Source: Delftia acidovorans NBRC 14950
GTDB taxonomy: Bacteria; Pseudomonadota; Gammaproteobacteria; Burkholderiales; Burkholderiaceae_C
Direction of reading: 5' to 3'
NCBI RefSeq assembly: GCF_001598795.1
Contig: NZ_BCZP01000040.1
Location: 1 to 32,000, forward strand
DNA length: 32,000 bases
The position numbers and the translations under genes were made by a program. Below are positions 10,803 through 19,129 of this stretch, piece after piece; the stretch's first letter is position 1, and every line of letters begins with the position of its first letter. A model generated the notes under the pieces. The model was given only the letters and a program-made list of their open reading frames with translations. It ran no database searches and was not told the DNA's origin.

Positions 10803-13800
10803 CAGAGGGTCCTTTCGATGTGGCGCTTGCGCTGCAGCAGCGCCTCGCGGCGGCGCTGGGCCGCGTCCATGCCGTCCCGGGCGGCGGCCGCCTGCGCGGC
10901 GCCGTCGCCCTCGCCCTCGCCCTCGCCATCTGCGCCCTGCTCGATGCGCCGCGCCAGGGCCGACACCGTGGGGTGCTTGAAGAGATCGACCAGGGACAGC
11001 TCCCGGCCCAGCCGCGACTCCAGCAGGCCATGCACGCGGATGAGCTGAAGCGAATGCCCGCCCAGGTCGAAGAAGTTGTCGCTGGCGCCTATGCGCTCCA
11101 CGCCCAGCACCTGGGCCCAGAGGGCGGCAATGGTCGCGGCCACGCCGCCCTCGGGCGGCTCGTAGGCCTGGCGCTCCAGGGCCGGCAGGGTGGGCGCCTC
11201 GGGCAGCGCCTTGCGGTCCACCTTGCCGTTGGCGTTCAGGGGCAAGGCATCCAGCACGGTGATGGACGAGGGCAGCATGTAGTCGGGCAGGGCTGCGGCC
11301 AGCGCGCTGCGCAGCGCGGCCATGTCCAGGCACTGTCCCTGCTGCACCGAGACAAAGGCGGCCAGCCGCGCACCGTCGGCCGCCTGGCGGGCGACCACCA
11401 CGGCCTCGCGCACGGCGGGGTGGGCCAGCAGTTGGGCCTCCACCTCGGCCAACTCGATGCGAAAGCCGCGGATCTTCACCTGGTGGTCCACGCGGCCCAG
11501 GTAGTCGATCTGGCCGTCGCCGCGCCAGCGCACCAGGTCGCCCGTGCGGTACAGGCGCTCGCCCGTGCGGCTGGCGGGGTCGGCGACAAAGCGCTCGGCG
11601 CTCAGGCCCGGCCGCCGCCAGTAGCCGCGCGCCAGGCCCACACCGCCCAGGTACAGCTCGCCAGCCACGCCGCGCGGCACCTCGTTGAGCGCGGCATCCA
11701 GCACATGGGTGCGCAGCCCGGCCACGGGGCGGCCTATGGGCACGGACAACGCGCCCTCGTCCCGGCAGTCCCACCAGGTGACCTCGATGGCCGCCTCCGT
11801 GGGGCCGTAGAGATTGAGCAGGCGGGTGCCGGGGAAGGCCTGCAGCACGGCCGCCTGCAATTCGGCGGACAGGGCCTCGCCGCTGCAGATGATGCGCTGC
11901 AGCCCCTGGCAGGTGGCGGCCGCCGGGTGCGCCATGAAGGCCTGCAGCATGGACGGCACGAAGTGGATGGTGCTGACCTGGTGGCGCGCTATCAGCTCGG
12001 CCAGGCGCCGGGGATCGCGGTGGTCGCCGGGGGCGGCCAGCGCCAGGCGTGCGCCGGTGGTCAGCGGCCAGAAGAATTCCCAGAAGGAGATGTCGAAGCC
12101 GAAGGGCGTTTTCTGCAGCACCGTATCGCCCGGGCCCAGCGGCTGATGCATCTGCCCCCACGCCAGGCGGTTGCACAGCGAACGGTGGCGGTTGGCCGCG
12201 CCCTTGGGACGCCCGGTCGAACCCGACGTGTAGATCACATAGACCAGGCTGTCGCCATGCAGGGCAACGGCCGGGTTGTGGGCCGGCATGTCCTGCAGCC
12301 GGGACGCCAGGCCCGGCACATCGACCAGTTGGGCACTGCAGCTGGCCGGCAGGCGGTCACGCACCTGCGGCTGCACCAGCACCAGGGACACGCCGCTGTC
12401 CTCCAGCATGTAGGCGATGCGGTCGGCCGGGTGCTCGGGGTCGATGGGCACATAGGCCGCGCCGGCCTTCATGATGGCCAGCAGCCCCACGACCATCTCG
12501 ATGGAGCGCTCCATGGCAATGCCCACCGGCACGCCGGGCCGCACGCCCGATGCAATCAGGTGATGCGCCAGCCGGTTGGCGCGCGCATTGAGCTCGGCGT
12601 AGCCCAGCGTGGCCTCGCCCAGGCACAGGGCCGGGGCATCGGGGCTGCGCGCCACCTGCTGCTCGAAGCGGCGGTGCACGATGTCGCCGCCGTGCAGGAT
12701 CTGGTCATTGCAGCTCCAGGCCGCCAGTTGCTGGCGTTCGCCGGGACCCAGCAGCGGCACCTCGTCCACGGCACATTGGGGCTGGTGCGCCAGTGCGTCC
12801 AGCATGGCCGCATAGTGGGCGGCCAGGCGCTGCATGCTGCCCGGCGCGAACAGCTCGCGGGCATAGACCAGGCTGATGCCCAGGCTGCCATCGGAGCGCA
12901 CGCGCACTTCCACGGTCAGCTCGAACTGCGCATCTGCGGCCGCCAGCGGCTGGCCGGCCACGGTCCAGCCCGGCACCTGCTGCAGCGCGTGCCAGTCCTC
13001 CACCAGATGATTGAACAGCACCTGGAACAAGGGGCTGTGCGCCAGGCTGCGCTGCGGCTGCAGCGCCTCCACCAGTTGCTCGAACGGCAGATCGTGGTGG
13101 GCCTGCGCGCCCTGCGCCGCCTCGCGGGCCTGCTGCAGCACGTCGGCCAGGCGCATGCGCCCATCGATGCGGTTGCGCAGCACCAGGGTGTTGACGAAAA
13201 AGCCGACCACGCCCTGCAGGTCGGCATGCGCGCGGTTGGCCACGGGCACGCCGACGCGGATGTCCTCCTGCCCCGTGTAGCGGTACAGCAACGCCTGCCA
13301 TCCTGCCAGCAGCAGCGTGAAGAGCGTGTCTCCCTGCTGGCGGGCCTGCGCGCGCAGCGCCTGCAAGGTTGCGCCGGACAGCTCGAAGCTGTGCCGTCCC
13401 GCCCGATAGCGTGCCAGCGCCTGGCGCGGATGGTCGGTAGGCAGGGCCAGCACAGGCTGGGCCTCGCCTGGGGGCACCTGCAACCGTTCCAGCCAGTAGG
13501 CCAGCGAGGCCTGTTGGCCTTGCTGGGCCTGCTGAGCCTGCTCCCGCTGCCAGACGGCGTAGTCCACATACTGCAGCGCCGGGCCGCTGTCCGGGGCGCC
13601 GGCATACAGCGCCGCCAGATCGTCCAGCAGGATCTGCATGGAGGCGCCGTCGGAGACGATGTGGTGCATCACCAGCGCCAGGATGTGCTCATTGGCCTGC
13701 AGCTGCACCAGGGCAGCCCGGGCCAGCGGCCCCTGCTGCAGATCAAAGGGCTGGGCGCACAGCGCCTGCAGCCATTGGGCGGCGTGCTCCTCGCGCTGCG

Positions 13801-16162
13801 CGGGCTTGCCCTGCGCGGCCTGCGCGGCATCCAGCCACTGCAGCTCCAGCCTGCCCTGGGGGTCCAGGCGCTGCTCGACCTCCCCATCGGGCCGGGCGTT
13901 GAATACCGTGCGCAGCGAACCGTGCCGTTCGGCAAGGCCCTGCACGGCTGCACGCAGGGCGCCAGCATCCAGCGGCCCGGTGATGCGCAGGGCGCCCTGC
14001 ACGTGGTAGGCCGTGCTGCGCGTATCCATCTTCCAGAGAAACCATTGGCGCTGCTGGGCCGGCGTCAGCGGCAGGGGCATGGCGCGACGGGCCTCGGCCA
14101 GCGGGGCAATGCGCTGCAGCGCCGTGCCCGGCTGGCGCTGTTGGCACAGCCGGTCGATGTCCTGCGCCTGGTCGCGCAGCCGCGGGTGCTCGAAGACCCG
14201 CCCGGCTGGATACTCCAGGGACCATTGCCGGCAGATGCGCGCGGCCAGCCGCACGGCGGCCAGGGAGTTGCCGCCTTGCGCGAAGAAGTTGGTCTCGCCG
14301 GCCGGCTTGTGCAGGGCATCGCCACCGAGCACCTCGCACCACAGGCCGGCCAGCGTGCTTGTGGTGGGATCTGCCGCACCCGCCTCCTGCGGTGCCTGGC
14401 TGCCGCCGCCCGCGAAGCGGCCCGACTCGAACACGGCCCAGGCATCCAGCGTGCGCGCGGACCAGCCCTGGCGGCAGGCTGCGCGCTGCAGCTTGCCGCT
14501 GGAGGTGCGGGGCAAGGCGCCGGGGTTGAGCAGCACGATCACCCGGGGCGCCTCGCCGCACTGCGCACCCACGGCGGTGCTCAGTGCATCGACCAGGGCC
14601 TGGGCCGGCACCAGCTTTTGCATGCCGAACGAGACTTCGGCAGCAATGCCTATGCCTTCCCGGCCATCGATGTCCACCGCAAAAGCGGCCACGCGCCCCT
14701 TGCGCACGGCTTCGACCTCGGCCTCGACCACGCGCTCGATGTCCTGCGGGTAGAGGTTGTGCCCGCGCACGATGATCAGGTCCTTGATGCGGCCCGCCAC
14801 ATGGACCTGCCCGCCGTGCACGAAGCCCAGGTCGCCCGTGCGCAGCCAGCGCCGGCCTGCATGCTCGACAAAGGCCTGCTGCGTTTGCTGCGGCTTGCCC
14901 CAGTAGCCCTGGCTGATGCTGGGGCCGTGCGCCCAGATCTCGCCCACGCGGCCGGGCTCCAGCACCTGCAGGCTGTGCGGATCGACGATGTTCACCGAAT
15001 GGCCGGGAACGGCGGGGCCGCAGCCCACCAGCGGGGTGGTCTGCGAGGCGCCGGAGCTTTCCTCGGCCCGGCCCTGGCCCAGGGCCTCGGTATCGAAGGA
15101 CGTGATCGTGGCGCCTGCGCCGCAACTGCCGCCGGTGACGAACAGGGTGGCTTCGGCCAGGCCGTAGCAGGCATAGGCCGCGTCGGGCCGCAGGCCGCAG
15201 GCGGCAAAGCGCTGCGCGAAGGCCGTGACGGTGTCGGCACGCACGGGTTCGGCACCCGTGTAGGCCAGCCGCCAGCTCGACAGGTCCAGCTGCGCCAGTT
15301 GCGACGGCTTGATGCGCTCCAGGCACATGCGGTAGGCGAAGTCGGGGCCGCCGCTGATGGTGGCGCGGTGGCGCGAGATCAGCTCCAGCCAGCGCACCGG
15401 GCTTTCCAGAAAGAGGCGCGGCGAGGTCAGCACCAGCGGCAGCCCGCTGTACAGCGGCTGCAGCAGTCCGCCGATCAGGCCCATGTCGTGGTACAGCGGC
15501 GCCCAGGACATGAAGCGGTCGCCCGCGCCGATGTCCATGCGCTGCTGGATGGCGGCCTCGTTGGCGATGAGGTTGCCGTGGCTGACCATCACGCCCTTGG
15601 GCGCCGAGGTGGAGCCCGAGGTGTATTGCAGGAAGGCGATGTCGTCGGCAGCCGGGGCATGGGGCCGCCAGGCGTCGGCATCGGCCAGGTCCACCTGGTC
15701 GGCGGCCACGGCGGCAATGCTGGCAAAGCGCGCATCGGCACCGGGCAGGGCCTGCATCACTTCGGCCGTGCTGATCACGCAGGCCGCATCCGCGTCGCCC
15801 ACGATGCCCAGCAGCCGCTCCAGGTGCTGCACGCGCAGCGATTCCAGCGGCGGCACCGGCACGGCGATCACGCCCGCGTAGAAGCAGGCCAGCATGCTGG
15901 CGGCGTAGTGCTCGTCGTTGTCCATCATCACCAGGGCGCGCGCGCCCACGGGGCACAGCTGCTGCAGCCGGGCGGCCAGCGCGCGCACGCGGCGGTCGAA
16001 CTCGCCATAGCTGTGGCTGCGCTCGACCACGCGGCCGTCCTTCACGGCGGCCACGGTGAGCCAGATGTCGTCGGGCCGCTGCTGCGCCAGCCCCCTCAGG
16101 TGCTCGACCAGGCTGGCCGGCGCCTGGCCTGCTGCCGCGATTGCACTTTGTCCACTCAGCAT
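10802..16162 (-). CDS. NRPS loading/first extension protein: fatty acyl-AMP ligase (FAAL)-like starter, T, C, A, T, then a charged C-terminal tail (DelE-like position).
   Basis: The track ORF 10802..17248(-) is 5'-extended. The ATG at 16162 ([15 protein letters not shown]...) is preceded by a GGGAGG Shine-Dalgarno sequence. FAAL hallmarks: [43 protein letters not shown] and [11 protein letters not shown] domain: [15 protein letters not shown] domain: [12 protein letters not shown] and [15 protein letters not shown] domain: [41 protein letters not shown] and [14 protein letters not shown]. Second T domain: [14 protein letters not shown]. The C-terminal tail is [41 protein letters not shown]. 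Confidence 0.9.
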   Translation of the reverse strand: MLSGQSAIAAAGQAPASLVEHLRGLAQQRPDDIWLTVAAVKDGRVVERSHSYGEFDRRVRALAARLQQLCPVGARALVMMDNDEHYAASMLACFYAGVIAVPVPPLESLRVQHLERLLGIVGDADAACVISTAEVMQALPGADARFASIAAVAADQVDLADADAWRPHAPAADDIAFLQYTSGSTSAPKGVMVSHGNLIANEAAIQQRMDIGAGDRFMSWAPLYHDMGLIGGLLQPLYSGLPLVLTSPRLFLESPVRWLELISRHRATISGGPDFAYRMCLERIKPSQLAQLDLSSWRLAYTGAEPVRADTVTAFAQRFAACGLRPDAAYACYGLAEATLFVTGGSCGAGATITSFDTEALGQGRAEESSGASQTTPLVGCGPAVPGHSVNIVDPHSLQVLEPGRVGEIWAHGPSISQGYWGKPQQTQQAFVEHAGRRWLRTGDLGFVHGGQVHVAGRIKDLIIVRGHNLYPQDIERVVEAEVEAVRKGRVAAFAVDIDGREGIGIAAEVSFGMQKLVPAQALVDALSTAVGAQCGEAPRVIVLLNPGALPRTSSGKLQRAACRQGWSARTLDAWAVFESGRFAGGGSQAPQEAGAADPTTSTLAGLWCEVLGGDALHKPAGETNFFAQGGNSLAAVRLAARICRQWSLEYPAGRVFEHPRLRDQAQDIDRLCQQRQPGTALQRIAPLAEARRAMPLPLTPAQQRQWFLWKMDTRSTAYHVQGALRITGPLDAGALRAAVQGLAERHGSLRTVFNARPDGEVEQRLDPQGRLELQWLDAAQAAQGKPAQREEHAAQWLQALCAQPFDLQQGPLARAALVQLQANEHILALVMHHIVSDGASMQILLDDLAALYAGAPDSGPALQYVDYAVWQREQAQQAQQGQQASLAYWLERLQVPPGEAQPVLALPTDHPRQALARYRAGRHSFELSGATLQALRAQARQQGDTLFTLLLAGWQALLYRYTGQEDIRVGVPVANRAHADLQGVVGFFVNTLVLRNRIDGRMRLADVLQQAREAAQGAQAHHDLPFEQLVEALQPQRSLAHSPLFQVLFNHLVEDWHALQQVPGWTVAGQPLAAADAQFELTVEVRVRSDGSLGISLVYARELFAPGSMQRLAAHYAAMLDALAHQPQCAVDEVPLLGPGERQQLAAWSCNDQILHGGDIVHRRFEQQVARSPDAPALCLGEATLGYAELNARANRLAHHLIASGVRPGVPVGIAMERSIEMVVGLLAIMKAGAAYVPIDPEHPADRIAYMLEDSGVSLVLVQPQVRDRLPASCSAQLVDVPGLASRLQDMPAHNPAVALHGDSLVYVIYTSGSTGRPKGAANRHRSLCNRLAWGQMHQPLGPGDTVLQKTPFGFDISFWEFFWPLTTGARLALAAPGDHRDPRRLAELIARHQVSTIHFVPSMLQAFMAHPAAATCQGLQRIICSGEALSAELQAAVLQAFPGTRLLNLYGPTEAAIEVTWWDCRDEGALSVPIGRPVAGLRTHVLDAALNEVPRGVAGELYLGGVGLARGYWRRPGLSAERFVADPASRTGERLYRTGDLVRWRGDGQIDYLGRVDHQVKIRGFRIELAEVEAQLLAHPAVREAVVVARQAADGARLAAFVSVQQGQCLDMAALRSALAAALPDYMLPSSITVLDALPLNANGKVDRKALPEAPTLPALERQAYEPPEGGVAATIAALWAQVLGVERIGASDNFFDLGGHSLQLIRVHGLLESRLGRELSLVDLFKHPTVSALARRIEQGADGEGEGEGDGAAQAAAARDGMDAAQRRREALLQRKRHIERTL

Positions 16163-16182
16163 GTCAGCTGCCTCCCGGGTTC

Positions 16183-17172
16183 TCAGAAACGGTCCAGATT
16201 GCTGCGCGGCTCGGCCATGGCGACGATGACCTTGCGCGGCCCCTTGAAGGGCGAGCGGGCATGGGCCACGAGCATGTTGTCCAGCATCAGCACGTCGCCC
16301 TGCTCCCAGGGGAAGCTGACGGTCTCGGCGTCCAGCGCGGCGCGCACCTCGGCGAAGATGTCGTCGCCGATGGTGGAGCCGTCGGCGAAGAAGGTGTTGC
16401 GCGGCAGGTTCTCGATGCCGTAGACCTCCTCCAGCACCTCGCGCTCCTCGGGCTCGCGCGCCGAGATGTGGAACAGGTGGGCCTGGTTGAACCAGACCAT
16501 CTCGCCCGTGACGGGATGGCTTTCCATGGCCTGGCACAGCTGGCGTGTGCGCAGGCCGTCGTCCTCCTTCCACTCCCAGTCCATGCGCGCATGGCGGCAG
16601 AAGGCCTCGACCTCGGCGCGGCTTTCGGTGTTGAAGACCTTCTGCCAGGGCACGTCCATCTCGCCGAAGTTGCGCACGTAGAGGATGCCGGGCTCGAACA
16701 GCTCGCGGATGCGCGCCGGAATGCGGCGGTAGACCGCACGGCTGTCGGCAATCGGCGTCTCGCCGCCCTCGGGCGATGCGGTGACGCAGTGGAACCAGAT
16801 CTTCATGGGCCACTCGCGCGTGTAGGCCTGCTCGTTGTGCAGCGGAATGCTCTGGTGGGCCGGGTATTCGGTGGAGGTGTAGACGCCCGCGCCGCTGGAG
16901 GCCTCGACCGCGCTGCGCGGCGTGGAGGCAAACTCGTACTTGAGCAGCGGGTGGCCGAAGGCCGAGGCGAAGCGCTGGAAGGTCTCCACATCGGGCACGC
17001 CAAAGCCACGCAGCAGCACGCCGCCCGTGGTCAGCAGGGCCTCGTCGATGTCGCGGCGCAGCGGCGGCAGCGCGGCCAGCAGGTCCTGGCCCGGCTGGGC
17101 GGGCGTGATGAGCTGGGGAAGCAGCGAGCCCGCGGGGGCCTTGCGCTCGAAGCGCTGGAGGGTTTCGTTCAT
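16183..17172 (-). CDS. TauD/TfdA-family Fe(II)/2-oxoglutarate dioxygenase (SyrP-like amino-acid beta-hydroxylase).
   Basis: Track ORF 16183..17193(-). The preferred start is the ATG at 17172 ([11 protein letters not shown]), which has an AAGGAA Shine-Dalgarno sequence and an ATGA overlap with the PPTase stop. The sequence resembles TauD-type hydroxylases from NRPS clusters: [17 protein letters not shown] contains an H-x-E/D-like facial-triad segment, and [12 protein letters not shown] lies near the C-terminus. Confidence 0.8.
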   Translation of the reverse strand: MNETLQRFERKAPAGSLLPQLITPAQPGQDLLAALPPLRRDIDEALLTTGGVLLRGFGVPDVETFQRFASAFGHPLLKYEFASTPRSAVEASSGAGVYTSTEYPAHQSIPLHNEQAYTREWPMKIWFHCVTASPEGGETPIADSRAVYRRIPARIRELFEPGILYVRNFGEMDVPWQKVFNTESRAEVEAFCRHARMDWEWKEDDGLRTRQLCQAMESHPVTGEMVWFNQAHLFHISAREPEEREVLEEVYGIENLPRNTFFADGSTIGDDIFAEVRAALDAETVSFPWEQGDVLMLDNMLVAHARSPFKGPRKVIVAMAEPRSNLDRF

Positions 17173-17858
17173 GTCGATTCCTTGGTGCGCCACGCAAGAG
17201 CTGCCGCGTAGCCCGGCGGCGCTGGCAGCGCCATCGCTTGAAAACCATTCCAGTCGGGGACCGCGCAGGCGATGGCCAGCCGTCCGTCCCCTCCCGGGCT
17301 GATGCCTATGGAGCGCAGGTGGTCGGCCACGCCGATGCCGATGGCCTTGAGCACGGCTTCCTTGCCCACCCAGCGCTGGTAGAAGGCCGCCAGCCGATCA
17401 GGCGCACGGCGCACGCTGGCGCGTTCCTGGTCGGTGCAGACGGCGTCGAGCATGACCTCGGCATCGAGGTCGGGCTTGTGCTGCTCGATGTCCACGCCCA
17501 GATGCAGCACGCCACCGGGATCGGCCAGCGCGATCAGCGCATGCCCGCCCGAATGCGAGACATTGAAGAGCGGTGCCCGCAGCGGGTCCTCGTCGACAAA
17601 GGGCTTGCCGTGGACGCCGACCGCCAGCGGCACATCGGCCGGGCAGCAGCCCAGCCTGCGCCCCAGCAGCCGCCGCGTGGCAGCGCGCGTCTGTGCGAAG
17701 CGCAGCCGGTCGGCGGCCCGCACGAAGCGCGCGGCGCGACCGCGCTCTTCGGGGGTCAGGTGCGGCAGGCTGTCGCTCAGCTCGGCCGACAGGTCCAGGT
17801 CCAGCCTGAAGACCTCGATGCCCTGGCTCATGGCCTCACGCACGGACACGAGCTGCAT
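17169..17858 (-). CDS. Sfp-type 4'-phosphopantetheinyl transferase.
   Basis: The track ORF 17169..18197(-) is 5'-extended. The ATG at 17858 ([21 protein letters not shown]) has an AGGGGGA Shine-Dalgarno sequence. An alternative ATG lies at 17831. PPTase motifs: GKPF, FNVSHSG, LGVDIE and [12 protein letters not shown]. Confidence 0.8.
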   Translation of the reverse strand: MQLVSVREAMSQGIEVFRLDLDLSAELSDSLPHLTPEERGRAARFVRAADRLRFAQTRAATRRLLGRRLGCCPADVPLAVGVHGKPFVDEDPLRAPLFNVSHSGGHALIALADPGGVLHLGVDIEQHKPDLDAEVMLDAVCTDQERASVRRAPDRLAAFYQRWVGKEAVLKAIGIGVADHLRSIGISPGGDGRLAIACAVPDWNGFQAMALPAPPGYAAALAWRTKEST

Positions 17859-18579
17859 GGATTTCCCCCTGGAGTGACTGGGACCCGGCCAGGCGCTGCG
17901 CCAGCACGGCCAGCACATCGCCTTCGCGCTGCTTGATGAAGAAATGCCCGCCCTCGAACCAGTCCAGCGTGAAGGCCCCGGCGGCCTCCTGCGACCAGGC
18001 CTGGACGCGGGGCGCCTCGATGTCGTCCTGCCGCCCCGCAAAGACGTGCACCGGCAGCGGCAGGCCCGCAGCGGGCACATGGCCGAAGCTCTCGCAGACG
18101 CGGTAGTCGGACCCCAGCACATCCAGCGTGATGCGCATGAGCTCGGGGCTGGCAAACACCTCTTCGGGCGTGCCGCCCTGCCTGCGCAGATCGGCAATCA
18201 GCGCCGCATCGTCGCCCTTGCCCGCAAAGCGCTCGGGATCGCGGCAGGCCGGTGCCGGGCTGCCCGAGGCAATCAGGGCCAGCGGCAACTCCCTGCCCTG
18301 CTCGCGCAACTGCCGCGCCATGCCGAAGGCCAGCAGCGCGCCCATGCTGTGGCCCAGCAGCGCAAAGCGGCCGCGCATGGCCTGGCGCTGCTCGGCGCAC
18401 AGCAGCGAGACCAGTTGCCCGAAGTCCTCGACCGCAGGCTCGCCCAGCCGGCTGCCCCGCCCCGGCAGCTCCACCGGCGCAATGCGGATCCAGTGGGGCA
18501 GCAGCCTGCGCCAGCGCAGGTACATGGTGGCGCTGGCGCCTGCGCATGGCAGGCACAGCAGGGTCAGCGGCGCGTGCAT
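17836..18579 (-). CDS. Type II (editing) thioesterase, alpha/beta hydrolase.
   Basis: The track ORF 17836..18918(-) is 5'-extended. The ATG at 18579 (MHAPLTLLCLPCAGASATMYLRW) lies 5 nt after the mbtH stop. Nucleophile elbow: GHSMGA. The C-terminal GGHFF motif is typical of TEII enzymes. Confidence 0.85.
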   Translation of the reverse strand: MHAPLTLLCLPCAGASATMYLRWRRLLPHWIRIAPVELPGRGSRLGEPAVEDFGQLVSLLCAEQRQAMRGRFALLGHSMGALLAFGMARQLREQGRELPLALIASGSPAPACRDPERFAGKGDDAALIADLRRQGGTPEEVFASPELMRITLDVLGSDYRVCESFGHVPAAGLPLPVHVFAGRQDDIEAPRVQAWSQEAAGAFTLDWFEGGHFFIKQREGDVLAVLAQRLAGSQSLQGEIHAARVRA

Positions 18580-18584
18580 GCGCG

Positions 18585-18869
18585 TCAGCCCGCTGCGGTT
18601 TCGATAACGGTATCGGTATCGCTTTGCAGCGCGGCGCCGGCTCCCGCCTGCTCCTGCTGCTGCATCCACACGCGCAGCGACTTGGGTCGCATGTCGGTCC
18701 AGGTGGCGTCCACGTAGTCGAGCACGGTTTTCTTGTCGCCCTTCACGCCCTCCACGGCGGTCCAGCCGCCGGGCACGGCCTTCCAGTGCGGCCAGATGGA
18801 ATACTGTTCCTCGTGGTTGACCAGAACGATGAAGGTTTCGTCTTCGCGGTCGAAGCAGCTTGTAGACAT
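18585..18869 (-). CDS. MbtH-like protein (A-domain chaperone).
   Basis: A 94-aa ORF with the canonical MbtH signature: [27 protein letters not shown]...[15 protein letters not shown]. An AAGGA Shine-Dalgarno sequence lies 7 nt upstream of the ATG at 18869. Confidence 0.9.
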   Translation of the reverse strand: MSTSCFDREDETFIVLVNHEEQYSIWPHWKAVPGGWTAVEGVKGDKKTVLDYVDATWTDMRPKSLRVWMQQQEQAGAGAALQSDTDTVIETAAG

Positions 18870-18886
18870 GCAGGCGTCCTTGTGCA

Positions 18887-18947
18887 GTTGAACATCGGCG
18901 AAGCCAGTGCCGGATCACGGCGATCCGGTACTGCGCCTCTGTTCAAC
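18887..18947 (-). promoter_or_regulatory. Nested inverted repeats in the predicted 5' leader of the mbtH operon.
   Basis: The outer 8-bp arms are GTTGAACA (18887-18894) and TGTTCAAC (18940-18947). They enclose an inner hairpin, CCGGATC-acggc-GATCCGG (18910-18928). Confidence 0.4.
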
Positions 18948-18949
18948 AT

Positions 18950-18973
18950 GACGTTCGGCGCCTGAAACTGTTC
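18950..18973 (-). promoter_or_regulatory. Candidate ECF-sigma-type promoter (TGAAC-N16-CGTC) for the mbtH/NRPS operon.
   Basis: The minus strand reads GAACAGTTTCAGGCGCCGAACGTC, that is GAAC, exactly 16 nt, then CGTC. It lies about 80 nt upstream of the mbtH ATG. This is a motif match only. Confidence 0.35.
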
Positions 18974-19049
18974 ATGCCATGGCCAGGCATGAGATTGCGG
19001 CGGCAAGCAATTGCCCGCAATTTTCAGAGTACTCCTAGTCCAGATTGGG

Positions 19050-19096
19050 TTGCCCTATCGCCATTCATCTGTCTATGATTTTCATTTATCAGATGA
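19050..19096. promoter_or_regulatory. Candidate sigma70 promoter of vgrG overlapped by a palindromic Fur-box-like operator.
   Basis: The promoter is TTGCCC (19050-19055), 18 nt, then TATGAT (19074-19079). The 7-bp inverted arms are TCATCTG (19065-19071) and CAGATGA (19090-19096). They flank an AT-rich core at 19071-19090 whose reverse complement is GATAAATGAAAATCATAGAC. Against the Fur consensus GATAATGATAATCATTATC this scores 15/19 with a 1-nt gap or 12/19 ungapped, and the core AATGAAAATCAT matches AATGATAATCAT at 11/12. It is the only AT-rich patch in this GC-rich intergenic region. Confidence 0.45.
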
Positions 19097-19129
19097 CGGG
19101 AGGGTGTCCCCAGCGGGGCGCAAGCAGCA

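Noticed and set aside
10803-12176. 5' extensions of track ORFs: 6114..12176, 10802..17248, 17836..18918, 17169..18197 and 28383..28760.
   Set aside because: The extensions run out of frame through the upstream gene and translate to Arg/Pro/Gly-rich nonsense. Internal ATGs with Shine-Dalgarno sequences, or ATGA stop/start overlaps, coincide with the canonical N-termini of each domain family.
5874-16423. Plus-strand ORFs 5874..11048 (1724 aa) and 10820..16423 (1867 aa).
   Set aside because: They are antisense to the PKS and the FAAL-NRPS genes, have the same shadow composition and no recognisable motifs.
19084-19088. PvdS-type IS box (TAAAT-N16-CGT) on the minus strand within the Fur-like site.
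   Set aside because: TAAAT is present, but the triplet 16-17 nt downstream is TGA or GAA rather than CGT. The GAAC-N16-CGTC element at 18950-18973 is a better ECF promoter candidate.
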